From: a virus | Taxonomy: Duplodnaviria; Caudoviricetes | Virus record (IMG/VR): IMGVR_UViG_3300036987_000262 | Span: 1-37,832 of that record | Length of the DNA: 37,832 bases | Strand: one strand, 5' to 3' | Shown here: positions 16,950 to 25,441 of the stretch, piece after piece | Layout: the number at the start of each line of letters is the position of its first letter | How positions within the stretch are numbered: position 1 is the stretch's first letter | Made by a program: the position numbers and the translations under genes | The notes under the pieces: generated by a model | The model's input: the letters and a program-made list of their open reading frames with translations, nothing else | What the model was told of the DNA's origin: nothing | Database searches by the model: none

Positions 16950-17975
16950 TCATGGTGCGACTGTAAAGCTTATAGTCGTCCTTGCATCATAGCTTCCTTT
17001 GCCTGCATGTTTCCCATCTATGACATCAACCCGGATACTGTTTGTTCCGGAATCTGCAAGTTTCGGCTTCCAGCGTATCCAATTTTGTGTTATCCAGAAA
17101 CTCAGATCCTTCCAGTACGAGGCTCCAGGCGGCTGATGCCAGAACTTGTATTGCAGTTCATTTCCATCCGGGCTTGATGCTGTGCAGATGATATCTATCT
17201 CGATCCCCGGTGGCTGGGGGCTTGCCAGGCACGCAGCCAGGCTGGTGATTGTCGGCACTGTTCCTATGGCGGCTGCGGCTGTTATCGTGTAACTAGCAGT
17301 TGTGCTTTGGTCTGCTGCCCCTTTTGATATGCCTCCCCGCACCTGCACTGTGATAACAGAGGCTCCTACATCCTGGTCTCGACTCCGCCAGGAAAAGCTA
17401 TTACGAGTCTGCCAACCCGTCATATCTCGGGCTACTGAGCCAGTCCCTGGCCCAGTTACGAAAAAGCGATACTCCAGGCCCTGCGAAGGCGTCGCAGCTG
17501 CAATGAATATAATCTCCTGGCCGGCACCCTGGGGGCTGGCAACTGAAGGTGTGAGGGACAAGGTGTAGCTGACTTTTACATGGCAATGTACCTCAAGGCG
17601 GCAGCGGAAGGCCGCAATATTTTTGTCAAAGGCTACCTCCCCCTGGACCTTAAGGACCTCGGCACCAGAAAATCCATCGTCCAGAATAGTACGTACTGTA
17701 TCGGCAATCTGGGCGCAATACTCAGCCCCTCTGTCGCCTGCGGTCTCTTTCCTGGTCCTGATGTCCACGATGAATATTTGGTCTGCAGAAAGGATCTGGC
17801 CGCTCATGTTCGATAGCTCGCAGGAGATCTGGCTTTTGGTGACGGATCCATTGATATCTACCGCACTGGCTGAGATGGCTTTGTTCTTGAAGATCTTGGA
17901 ACTAACCAGAGCCATTAGTGCCGAATTGCCGGTTAATGCTGCAAGCAAATTATCTAGTGGTGTGTAGCCTGCCAT
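16950..17975 (-). CDS. Putative tail-terminator-like domain fused to two Ig-like (Y_Y_Y-type) domains
   Basis: N-terminal ~135 aa (L..NSALMALVSSKIF...FIVDIRT...QIADTVRTILD), then two repeats SPQ..G.EI...A....GLEY.F...W...N...W......G...I.V.V. Confidence 0.6.
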   Translation of the reverse strand: MAGYTPLDNLLAALTGNSALMALVSSKIFKNKAISASAVDINGSVTKSQISCELSNMSGQILSADQIFIVDIRTRKETAGDRGAEYCAQIADTVRTILDDGFSGAEVLKVQGEVAFDKNIAAFRCRLEVHCHVKVSYTLSLTPSVASPQGAGQEIIFIAAATPSQGLEYRFFVTGPGTGSVARDMTGWQTRNSFSWRSRDQDVGASVITVQVRGGISKGAADQSTTASYTITAAAAIGTVPTITSLAACLASPQPPGIEIDIICTASSPDGNELQYKFWHQPPGASYWKDLSFWITQNWIRWKPKLADSGTNSIRVDVIDGKHAGKGSYDARTTISFTVAP

Positions 17976-17984
17976 CGTTCTCCC

Positions 17985-18305
17985 TCAAATCATGAACTGC
18001 CCTAAGTATGCCTTCCTCATATGTTCCGGTCCCATGCTCGGATCTTTGCCCAGGCCAATCACCGGCCAGGAGTAGCCGCCTCTCGTGATTAGGTCGTCTC
18101 TCTCAAGCGGGTCAGATGTCAGAATATAGGCAATCTGTTGCAGCTGCCTGCCCTCTTCAGAGGAGAATGGCCTTACCTCATCGTACCACAAAACAGTAAT
18201 TTTAGAGTCTGAATAAACTGGATCCACGTTTGCATCTACGCCTGTTTTGTGCCGCCAGATAACAGATTCTCCCATCGAATCCTTGTATGCATCTAATAAT
18301 CCCAT
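17985..18305 (-). CDS. Putative head-closure (stopper) protein
   Basis: 106 aa, beta-rich; ESVIW....GVD...PVY...DDLI...G.SW.V; directly upstream of the terminator-like gene. Confidence 0.6.
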   Translation of the reverse strand: MGLLDAYKDSMGESVIWRHKTGVDANVDPVYSDSKITVLWYDEVRPFSSEEGRQLQQIAYILTSDPLERDDLITRGGYSWPVIGLGKDPSMGPEHMRKAYLGQFMI

Positions 18306-18326
18306 TGAATATTATCTCCCTAAAAA

Positions 18327-18596
18327 TTATGCGTAGTGTCTTGTGCACCAATCAATTATAAACACAAAACATGCTGCTGTTGCCCATTTAATAACGCCCC
18401 TGTTATCTAGCCACGAAAAGGCGCATCTCGAAAATTTCAGAATGACTATATTCTTATCAGTCTCATTGATTTGTGCAAAAATCTTATTATGATCTTCTGT
18501 ATTTGATTCAATTAAGGTGTCTAGGCGGGCTATAATCATCCCTAATGTGACTAATTCATTCTCACTCAGCTTAGTTTCGTTAAGGTTCTCCTCCAT
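18327..18596 (-). CDS. Small coiled-coil protein with a C-terminal hydrophobic helix (holin-like candidate)
   Basis: GGAGG SD; VIKWATAACFVFIIDW; ARLDTLIE...EDH coiled segment. Confidence 0.55.
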   Translation of the reverse strand: MEENLNETKLSENELVTLGMIIARLDTLIESNTEDHNKIFAQINETDKNIVILKFSRCAFSWLDNRGVIKWATAACFVFIIDWCTRHYA

Positions 18597-18696
18597 GCAC
18601 CCTCCTGACCTAAAAGCATCAAACTCTTAAAAAAAGTATGATTTTATGTCTCTCATAGTTGCATTTATCTTATTCTCTTGTCCCTGGTTTTTCTCT

Positions 18697-19434
18697 TCAA
18701 GCTGGCGGCTCATAAAAAGGATAACAGACAACAGGCAGCATATTTGTTTTTTCCTGGATAGTCGTCAGCTTAACCCCATTGGCATCTACGACGGTCTTTG
18801 TGGCCGGGAGGTCTGTATCATGTAGATCATCCAGGATACTATCCATAGTGTTTACAGAGCTTTGCGATGCTGCCGTCTTGGCTGCATCGTAGTCTGAATT
18901 GAGCGCATACCCAGTTTTAGCGGTGACTGACGCAGCCACCACAGCTCCACCACCTAAATTGTAGGTGCCACCGTCGCAGGCAGCCTCCAGATTGTCTGCC
19001 GCGCCTGCATCAGTACTAATCTGCTTGATATTGCAATCAGGCAGACCAGCCGTGGCCGGGGCAGCCCAGGCAGTGTCGAGGAGCTGAACTACATCTACCT
19101 GCAATTTATCTGAGGAGAAGAATGAATCAAACACATTTGCCGGGAATACCATGAAATTCTCCCATACTGGCAAAGCGCCCGATTTGTGAATCCTGGCTCG
19201 AAGATGGCCCAAGGTTGCCGTGTCCGTTGTGTCAAGTGGTACATCATAATCACCACCCTCATCATGTGTCGCCCCTGCGCTATTATGACTTTGTGCCGAA
19301 TCTCCACCGTTCTTGCTGAGGCGAATGTCTGCTTGGGCAATCGACAAGGTAGTTTCTGCAGTTTTGCCGTCTGTGTCATCAAGGAACGGTCCCGCCTTCC
19401 AGGTATATGCGGTCGATTGCCTTAATGGTATCAC
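18697..19434 (-). CDS. Putative virion structural / fibre-associated protein (245 aa)
   Basis: Lies in the structural operon; Ala/Thr/Asp-rich; IRLSKNGG...G.Y...L...DT.TLG.L pattern. Confidence 0.6.
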   Translation of the reverse strand: MIPLRQSTAYTWKAGPFLDDTDGKTAETTLSIAQADIRLSKNGGDSAQSHNSAGATHDEGGDYDVPLDTTDTATLGHLRARIHKSGALPVWENFMVFPANVFDSFFSSDKLQVDVVQLLDTAWAAPATAGLPDCNIKQISTDAGAADNLEAACDGGTYNLGGGAVVAASVTAKTGYALNSDYDAAKTAASQSSVNTMDSILDDLHDTDLPATKTVVDANGVKLTTIQEKTNMLPVVCYPFYEPPA

Positions 19435-20337
19435 CTAATTCCACCTCCGGATATATTGACTCATAAAGACTGGGATAACTATAGCGGAAGACCCCTCTGA
19501 ATATACTTCAGTTGCAGAGAGTACTGTGATTCCTTGGCTATTTAGACCACCCATACAAATTGCATTTGATGAGCTGCCGCCTCCTGCTAATTGGTATCGT
19601 CCAGTTAATAAATCGCCACCATTTGCCCAGGCAGTGCCGTTATATACCTCTGTTTTTTTGGTTGCTCCATAAGGGGACCAAATCATGCCAGCTGTACAAA
19701 TTGCATCGGTAGAATTGCCGCCTCCTGCTGCCCCCTCTCTCCCTACCCCAAGGTTTCCACCAGTTCCCCAGGCAGTGCCATTATATTCTTGGGTTGTAAT
19801 GAAGTCTTCGAGATCACCGGTACAAAAAGCATCTGACGAATTGCCGCCGCTTACGGTATGATATACCTCTGTGCCAAGATCCCCTCCCGCACCCCAGGCC
19901 GTTCCATTAAGTTCTTCCGTTGTTACGAGGTAACTTTGCTCTTGATTTTCATCCATCAGGTGGCCACCCATACAAATTCCGTTTGAGGAGTTACCGCCAC
20001 CCGCTGGACGCTGTCGTTTTGATGCTAAATTAGGACCAGAACTCCAGGTAGTGCCATTATATTTTTCAGTTTCTAGAGTCGGTTGATAATCATTTGTATC
20101 TAGGCCACCCATAACAATTGCATCAGTTGAGTTGCCCCTCCCCACAAATTCAATCCGTACTATTGATACATCACCGCCAGAACTCCAGGCAGTGCCGTTA
20201 TATTCCTCAGTTTTAGCAGTATCATCATAAGACCCATCCATGCCCCCCATACAAATAGCATCTTGGGAATTACCGCCACCTCCCAGTTCCATTCTTGCGG
20301 TTGCTAAGTTTGCTCCCGCACTCCATGTCCCTGTCAT
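19435..20337 (-). CDS. Kelch-like six-blade beta-propeller protein (candidate adhesin / receptor-binding protein)
   Basis: About six ~47-aa repeats TEEYNGTAW..GGDL...R...GGGNS..AICMGG. Confidence 0.85.
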   Translation of the reverse strand: MTGTWSAGANLATARMELGGGGNSQDAICMGGMDGSYDDTAKTEEYNGTAWSSGGDVSIVRIEFVGRGNSTDAIVMGGLDTNDYQPTLETEKYNGTTWSSGPNLASKRQRPAGGGNSSNGICMGGHLMDENQEQSYLVTTEELNGTAWGAGGDLGTEVYHTVSGGNSSDAFCTGDLEDFITTQEYNGTAWGTGGNLGVGREGAAGGGNSTDAICTAGMIWSPYGATKKTEVYNGTAWANGGDLLTGRYQLAGGGSSSNAICMGGLNSQGITVLSATEVYSEGSSAIVIPVFMSQYIRRWN

Positions 20338-20338
20338 T

Positions 20339-20998
20339 TCAGGCACCACGGAGAAGTTTCTTTGATCTTTCGACTAGCTGTTGTGGTAGTTTGATATTGC
20401 GTCTCTCGCATTCAGCAAGCATGGTCCTAGCCTGGGCTATGACATTTATGGCCCCTCCTACGTCATTTCCTGCTCTACAGGCCGCTGGTAACTCCCAGAG
20501 ATATCGTAAAGTAAGGCCCTTCAATTCATCTGCGTCTTTATCATTGATATCAAAATCATCGGACTCAGCGAGATCCTCCTTGATTTGGGACCACATTTTT
20601 AACTCTCTGATACGTTCTTCGCCGTCCTTGCGCATCCACATAAGTTTAAACTGGAGCCTGTCCCTCTTTACTTCTAGTTTCCTTAGTTTAGAGCCTTCTG
20701 CCTTACTCAATTTAATTAGAACTTCGTCTAGCTCAATATTAGTAAGTCGATAATTAAATGAGAGTCCCATGAGGTTTTCAAACATCACCAACTGCTCGCG
20801 TTTTGCTTGATGATATTTGCTTGCCGCGGTAGGGTGTTTGACATCATTTAAAATACTGAAAAGGGCTTCAGTAGTTGTCCTGTAGATTGTATGGCTCTGG
20901 ATGGCCGTTTCAATCTCTGGGATCAGCCCTTGTAGTGAGATCTGATCTTCTTTGGAGAGAACACAACTTTCTACAATATTCTTTAGGGCGTCTGACAT
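20339..20998 (-). CDS. Helical/coiled-coil hypothetical protein coupled to the kelch gene (219 aa)
   Basis: Abuts the kelch gene; FSILNDVKHPTAASKY.Q..REQ motif. Confidence 0.75.
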   Translation of the reverse strand: MSDALKNIVESCVLSKEDQISLQGLIPEIETAIQSHTIYRTTTEALFSILNDVKHPTAASKYHQAKREQLVMFENLMGLSFNYRLTNIELDEVLIKLSKAEGSKLRKLEVKRDRLQFKLMWMRKDGEERIRELKMWSQIKEDLAESDDFDINDKDADELKGLTLRYLWELPAACRAGNDVGGAINVIAQARTMLAECERRNIKLPQQLVERSKKLLRGA

Positions 20999-21001
20999 AA
21001 T

Positions 21002-21271
21002 CTACCAATCCTCCGCCACCCAGGCAAAGTGTCTGCCTACAGAGACCGTTATGTGAAAATGAGTGGTGTCCACCGTTCGATTAGAAAAAACGGTGGACTC
21101 CCCGACATCAAGGGGAATCAGTTTAAACTTCTTCGGTAAAACAGTGAAGCCATGGCTGATCTCCTGGTCGTCCCCGGTGCCCTCCGAGGTGCCGGAGTGG
21201 CGCACAATGACCCCTTCGACTTCTTGTAAGAAACCAGCACCGGCATTTATTTGGAGGGCCTTCATACTCAC
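21002..21271 (-). CDS. Small putative fibre/decoration protein (89 aa)
   Basis: Its N-terminal GAGFLQE resembles GAGILQE in the upstream gene; ISHGF...P...F.W.A beta domain. Confidence 0.65.
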   Translation of the reverse strand: MSMKALQINAGAGFLQEVEGVIVRHSGTSEGTGDDQEISHGFTVLPKKFKLIPLDVGESTVFSNRTVDTTHFHITVSVGRHFAWVAEDW

Positions 21272-21783
21272 ACCAGCACGATGGGGATCTTGTCGGGGTC
21301 GAACTTTATTGCAGTCTCGCTGCTCGCTTCACCGACGCACTGGACCATATTGCCTGATCCTGAAGGTGCAGTGGTCGATACTGTGCCTGGTGTGGTCGTC
21401 AGATAGTATTTCGCACCCGGAGTGAGGGAAGTTCCTGGTAGCTCGCCATCTAAATAAACTGTGACATCTGCCCCTGCTTCGACAGTGTCCTTTACATACG
21501 CCTGTGCCCTCTTAGTGGCGTCTGTAGCGTCTGCCTTATCTGCTGTGAGGGTGACAGTTACCAGATGGATATACACTACATCATTTGCAGCTAGTCCCCC
21601 AACACCTGCTTTGCATACCTGAGTCTCAGCGGACACTCCTGCTGGCATCATGTTCTCGTTGAACCTTCCATCTTCGTCAAGACATGCAATCTTGCCCGCG
21701 CTACTCGCGCCTGCACTCGTGTCGATTGCCTGCGCTTCCTGTAATATTCCAGCCCCTTTCTTTAGAAATTTCTCAGCTACCAT
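21268..21783 (-). CDS. DUF2190 / capsid-cement-like structural protein
   Basis: AGADVTVYLDG...LTPGAKYYL...PGTVSTTAP...VQ.VG.A. Confidence 0.6.
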   Translation of the reverse strand: MVAEKFLKKGAGILQEAQAIDTSAGASSAGKIACLDEDGRFNENMMPAGVSAETQVCKAGVGGLAANDVVYIHLVTVTLTADKADATDATKRAQAYVKDTVEAGADVTVYLDGELPGTSLTPGAKYYLTTTPGTVSTTAPSGSGNMVQCVGEASSETAIKFDPDKIPIVLV

Positions 21784-22239
21784 TCATATCACCAAAACTG
21801 GTTCACCCAACTTAATGATCAAAGTCGTCCGATTCTTCGCGTTTCCGACCTTCTGCCAGAAACCTCTGCTCGGTGGTGTTCTTGATATCGTTCCGGCGAG
21901 GGCCAGATAATAGATCTCGCCTGCATCTAATTCCCATAATGGATTTGTGATCTCCCCTGCGATCTGAATTGTGACAGGTTGCTCTGCAGCTCTTGCCTCT
22001 GCCGTGATTCCGACTACAAGCCCCGCATGTGACGGGTTCTCACCATCTGCACAATGACAGGTTCCATCAGGTGCAATTATCACAAATTGGTAGGCAGTCA
22101 GGCCACCCGATACCGCAAATATCGAATGGCCCGTCAAGTTGAAGATAGGGGGATCAACTCCCACCCCAATCTGAAATCCTATGGACGAATCTGTCACAGT
22201 CACCACAGGAGACAGATTAGTCACTGTGACAAGCGTCAC
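21784..22239 (-). CDS. DUF2190 / capsid-cement-like structural protein (paralog of 21268-21783)
   Basis: VTIQIAGEI...LDAGEIYYL...GTISRTPP...QKVG.A. Confidence 0.6.
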   Translation of the reverse strand: MTLVTVTNLSPVVTVTDSSIGFQIGVGVDPPIFNLTGHSIFAVSGGLTAYQFVIIAPDGTCHCADGENPSHAGLVVGITAEARAAEQPVTIQIAGEITNPLWELDAGEIYYLALAGTISRTPPSRGFWQKVGNAKNRTTLIIKLGEPVLVI

Positions 22240-22553
22240 GGCACCACGTTTTCCTTTATGGTCAATTTGCCAACGAACAACGTCTCTTTAATTCCTGATT
22301 GATACGTGACCTCACATGCGAAGTAGTAGATGGGATTTGCCAAGGTGGCCATCAGTGTAGCAGAAACTATTATGACAAAGGTTCCTGCAAGGTCATTTCG
22401 AGTTATTGTGTAGCCGCTTGATAACTCCGTAATCTCCCCCAGTTTAAACTGAATTAGGGCACCTACAAGAGATATTGCTACACCTTGTGAATCAGTTAAG
22501 GCCACGGGCAAGACTAAGCTATTTCCATGATACCTTTCGATGCCGAGATCCAT
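22236..22553 (-). CDS. Small beta-sandwich structural protein (BppU N-terminal-like)
   Basis: LTDSQG.AISL.GA...G.F.I......T..L...Y...EV...G..ETL..G...I pattern. Confidence 0.55.
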   Translation of the reverse strand: MDLGIERYHGNSLVLPVALTDSQGVAISLVGALIQFKLGEITELSSGYTITRNDLAGTFVIIVSATLMATLANPIYYFACEVTYQSGIKETLFVGKLTIKENVVP

Positions 22554-22588
22554 TATTTACACCCCCTGTTGCCCCTTCTGTGTAGCAA

Positions 22589-23083
22589 TTACCTTAATCT
22601 CGATCCCAGATACTTTCGCAATATTTTGCGAGCTACAGAGCTTTGCAAGTACTGACTGCCTGCACCTACTACAAAAGTCTCTGATAGTTTGCCAGAGAGA
22701 GCAAAAGACTGCACCCCCTCATCTTGTAACCTCTTGCGGCCACCTAGACCAGCAAGATAGATCTCTAACGCCTCTTCGATGCATGCCGATTTAACATCCT
22801 GGGGGACTATTGCAAGCCCACTGGAGCTGTTGTAGTCCAGGATCACACCATCGATAATTCGGGGGAACGCCCTTTTCTGATCTAGGATACCAGCAGTTAT
22901 GCCTGTATCGTATTTTGTGCCCCTAAACTTCCCTGAATCAATAGCCTGGGTGGCCCGGTTCAGGTAAGAGGTCTTCTGAGGGTCTGCTAACGCCAGAAAT
23001 TCTGCTGCCCGGCCATCCCCTGCTAAGTAGGTTGCCATTTCGGCCAAAGTCGCATAGGCGTCTAATACGGGTGGATTGGCCAT
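22589..23083 (-). CDS. Head-tail adaptor/connector protein
   Basis: AYATLAE...YL, L.RAT.AID..F.G.K, Q...FPR, VPQDVK.AC.E.A; located shortly after the major capsid gene. Confidence 0.75.
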   Translation of the reverse strand: MANPPVLDAYATLAEMATYLAGDGRAAEFLALADPQKTSYLNRATQAIDSGKFRGTKYDTGITAGILDQKRAFPRIIDGVILDYNSSSGLAIVPQDVKSACIEEALEIYLAGLGGRKRLQDEGVQSFALSGKLSETFVVGAGSQYLQSSVARKILRKYLGSRLR

Positions 23084-23103
23084 AATGCACACCTAAAAAA
23101 AGA

Positions 23104-23280
23104 TTATTTGCCGGGCTTTACCGGCTTATCTTCCTTCTCGCCCTTGTCTATCTCTTTGGGATGATCTTCTTTTGCTGGCCCGATCTCATATTTCTCAGGA
23201 TATTTCCGTAAGTGCTTGAGAGTGCTCTCATCTGAGATCTCCCAGGTTGTCTTTTCGATCTTGTTAAAGACTCGGACTAT
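23104..23280 (-). CDS. Small charged protein (~58 aa; start uncertain)
   Basis: Open frame filling the gap. The only SD-adjacent candidate start is an ATA overlapping the upstream TAG; the track start at 23385 overlaps the upstream gene. Confidence 0.45.
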   Translation of the reverse strand: MVRVFNKIEKTTWEISDESTLKHLRKYPEKYEIGPAKEDHPKEIDKGEKEDKPVKPGK

Positions 23281-23723
23281 CTTAACACCTTCAGAATGGC
23301 CATAGTGGCTGTGGTTACGTTTGTAGTCGAGAACTTGAGATACTTTGTAGTGTTCAGGAACCGGGCTGACTCCAACGGGCCGCACAGGACCGAGCGGTTG
23401 ACTGCAAGAGGGACAGCTAGATTGCCAATACCTGCCCGGAATGCAGGCGGGTTATTTCCGGCCAAGATGTTCAGTTTTGGACTTGTTCCCACTGATGTAG
23501 CGTTGATAATCACGAAATACCTGTAGGCGCTATCGTAGGCGATATACTTTGTATTCGTGCTCGTGGGAGCTGCACTCCAATAGGCAGTCGTGACATAACT
23601 ATTCTCACCCGTTAGTGTCCCGGCTGCAGTGAGCGCGGTATCTGTAGCCTGTACCTCTGCCACACCGGCTAGTAGTAAAGCACCGGCTAGCAAAAAATAT
23701 AGAATCCTATTCATCTTATCCAC
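23277..23723 (-). CDS. Signal-peptide-bearing beta-rich protein immediately after the major capsid gene
   Basis: MNRILYFLLAGALLLAGVAEVQA|TDT is a Sec-type signal; GAGGTG SD. Confidence 0.8.
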   Translation of the reverse strand: MDKMNRILYFLLAGALLLAGVAEVQATDTALTAAGTLTGENSYVTTAYWSAAPTSTNTKYIAYDSAYRYFVIINATSVGTSPKLNILAGNNPPAFRAGIGNLAVPLAVNRSVLCGPLESARFLNTTKYLKFSTTNVTTATMAILKVLR

Positions 23724-23727
23724 CTCT

Positions 23728-24597
23728 TTAGTTGAAGTTGCACGTCATGACGCCCAAGCACGCCGGCTTCACTACTTTTCTGCCGAACACGTACTGCCCG
23801 TCTACCTTTCTGGCATACTGCTTTTCCATCGGCAGGATACGAGTATCATCTACCTGAGATGCGAAGGTTATGGCATTCTTAGTGCCGAACAAGATCTTGT
23901 CCAGTGTCCCGTTGGTGTTAGGCACGTTGTTGGATACCAGTAGCTCAAATCCTCCAATGTGGCCAATCGAGCCGTTTAAGATTGATGGAGTTGCCACAGT
24001 TGGCGCGCTGGAACCCTGATCGTGAAGGTCGTTTACAATTAGTGCCTCCATCTCGGGAGGTATGATCATCCACTTTGGCGTCGCTGCCGGCACCTTGGAC
24101 TTTTTGAGCTTGGTTCCGCAGTCCGTGATTAACTTGAATATGTTGGAGGCGTCTCCCTTGGTTACGTTGGGTGTCTTGGGGGAGGCATCAGACCCAACCA
24201 GATTAGCGGCACTGGCATCGACATAACAAGAAGCCACAGCCAAATCTACTGCATCAGCCAAGGCATAAGCTGCCTCTACGTTGACCTCATCCATTAGGTT
24301 AATTTTGGTTTGCGCTTCATCTTTTGTGGGGATCTTGAAGTTATAACCCTTCTGGAAATCAATCGTCAGATGCGTATCTGTATCCGCAATGGTTTCAGGG
24401 TCAGGCATATCGACATTATCAACTATATCGAATACAGTAACTCCGCCGATGCCGGTTAGGCGCACACTCTTAGCGTACTTTACGGACCCCTCAAAATTGT
24501 GATTAATCACGCCTTCCTGGGCAAAAACTAACACCCCTTGTAGTTGGTGTTGCACCTCCAACGCCACTACTTCTTCTTTAAACGATTCATAAGCCAA
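23728..24597 (-). CDS. Major capsid protein (HK97 fold, P22-coat-like family)
   Basis: 289 aa; N.NFEG.V...SVR, LTID.QK...F, AAYALAD.VD, KVP, NG.IG.I.GF....SNN.P, AITFASQ, G..VFG.KVV.P. Confidence 0.9.
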   Translation of the reverse strand: MAYESFKEEVVALEVQHQLQGVLVFAQEGVINHNFEGSVKYAKSVRLTGIGGVTVFDIVDNVDMPDPETIADTDTHLTIDFQKGYNFKIPTKDEAQTKINLMDEVNVEAAYALADAVDLAVASCYVDASAANLVGSDASPKTPNVTKGDASNIFKLITDCGTKLKKSKVPAATPKWMIIPPEMEALIVNDLHDQGSSAPTVATPSILNGSIGHIGGFELLVSNNVPNTNGTLDKILFGTKNAITFASQVDDTRILPMEKQYARKVDGQYVFGRKVVKPACLGVMTCNFN

Positions 24598-24615
24598 AGT
24601 ACCACCTCACCAGAC

Positions 24616-25359
24616 TCATTCTCTTACTCGTCCTTCTGCTTCTGCTCGCTTAATATCGGCCAGCACTTCTGCAGTTATGGTTCCAGTCTTGCGAAGTTCC
24701 CGGACCTTTGCCGCAGTCCAAATTGTCTTTCCCTGCTGGCCTCCATTCTGCAATCCCTGGTTCCCAGCCCCTTGTGCATTTCCTCCAGCTCCTTGTGCAG
24801 CCCCGTTACCCTGCTGGCCTTGCTGTTGCTGGCCTTCCTGGGGCAGCATTTTGGCCTGAGCCAGGGCTTCAAGGCTGGCGTTGATCTCTGTAGGAGTCGT
24901 TCCGGCAATGTTCAGGAATTGCAGCAGTACCGGGATCTGACCCGATGGAACATTGCGCTGCATGAGGGCCTTCATCTTGGCCAGTTCCAGGTCAGCACCC
25001 TTTAGCGTCTCGCCCTTCGGCTCCTCTTTGGGCTTCTTGCCGGCTGCCAGGAGAGCCTTTGCGTCTGCGAGCGGCATTCCGAGCGCAGTTTCGAAGTCTG
25101 CTAAACTCATTTTAGCTTCTTTTTGCTGATTCCCTTCTTGACCAGAACCTTGGCCCTGGTCTCCCTGGCCTCCTTGTGCTGCACCTTGTCCTGTTCCTTG
25201 ACCCTGACCCTGGCCACTCTGACCAGAGCCCTGGCCCCCTTGTCCAGTACCCTGGCCTGAGCCTTGACCTGCTCCTTGGCCTGCTCCTTGACCTGCTCCT
25301 TGACCTGCTCCTTGACCCTGGCCACCCTGGCCTTCTCCTGCGTTTCCTTCATTTTCCAT
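24616..25359 (-). CDS. Putative capsid scaffolding protein with Gly/Gln low-complexity tracts
   Basis: Lies between the minor and major capsid genes; GQGA repeats; C-terminal DIKRAEAEGRV helix. Confidence 0.75.
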   Translation of the reverse strand: MENEGNAGEGQGGQGQGAGQGAGQGAGQGAGQGSGQGTGQGGQGSGQSGQGQGQGTGQGAAQGGQGDQGQGSGQEGNQQKEAKMSLADFETALGMPLADAKALLAAGKKPKEEPKGETLKGADLELAKMKALMQRNVPSGQIPVLLQFLNIAGTTPTEINASLEALAQAKMLPQEGQQQQGQQGNGAAQGAGGNAQGAGNQGLQNGGQQGKTIWTAAKVRELRKTGTITAEVLADIKRAEAEGRVRE

Positions 25360-25441
25360 TGGCTTTTCTCCGTTCCTAACTTGTCGTATTCATTGTCTTT
25401 ACTAACAAAAAAAATAGAATTTATGATTTTAAAAATGAGGC

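Noticed and set aside
19435-20337. Diversity-generating retroelement target or template in the kelch repeats
   Set aside because: No reverse transcriptase, and no repeat pair differing only at adenines; the repeats are ordinary propeller blades.
25140-25330. 12-bp repeats in the scaffold gene as a regulatory array
   Set aside because: Explained by a GQGA low-complexity linker, with third-position variation.
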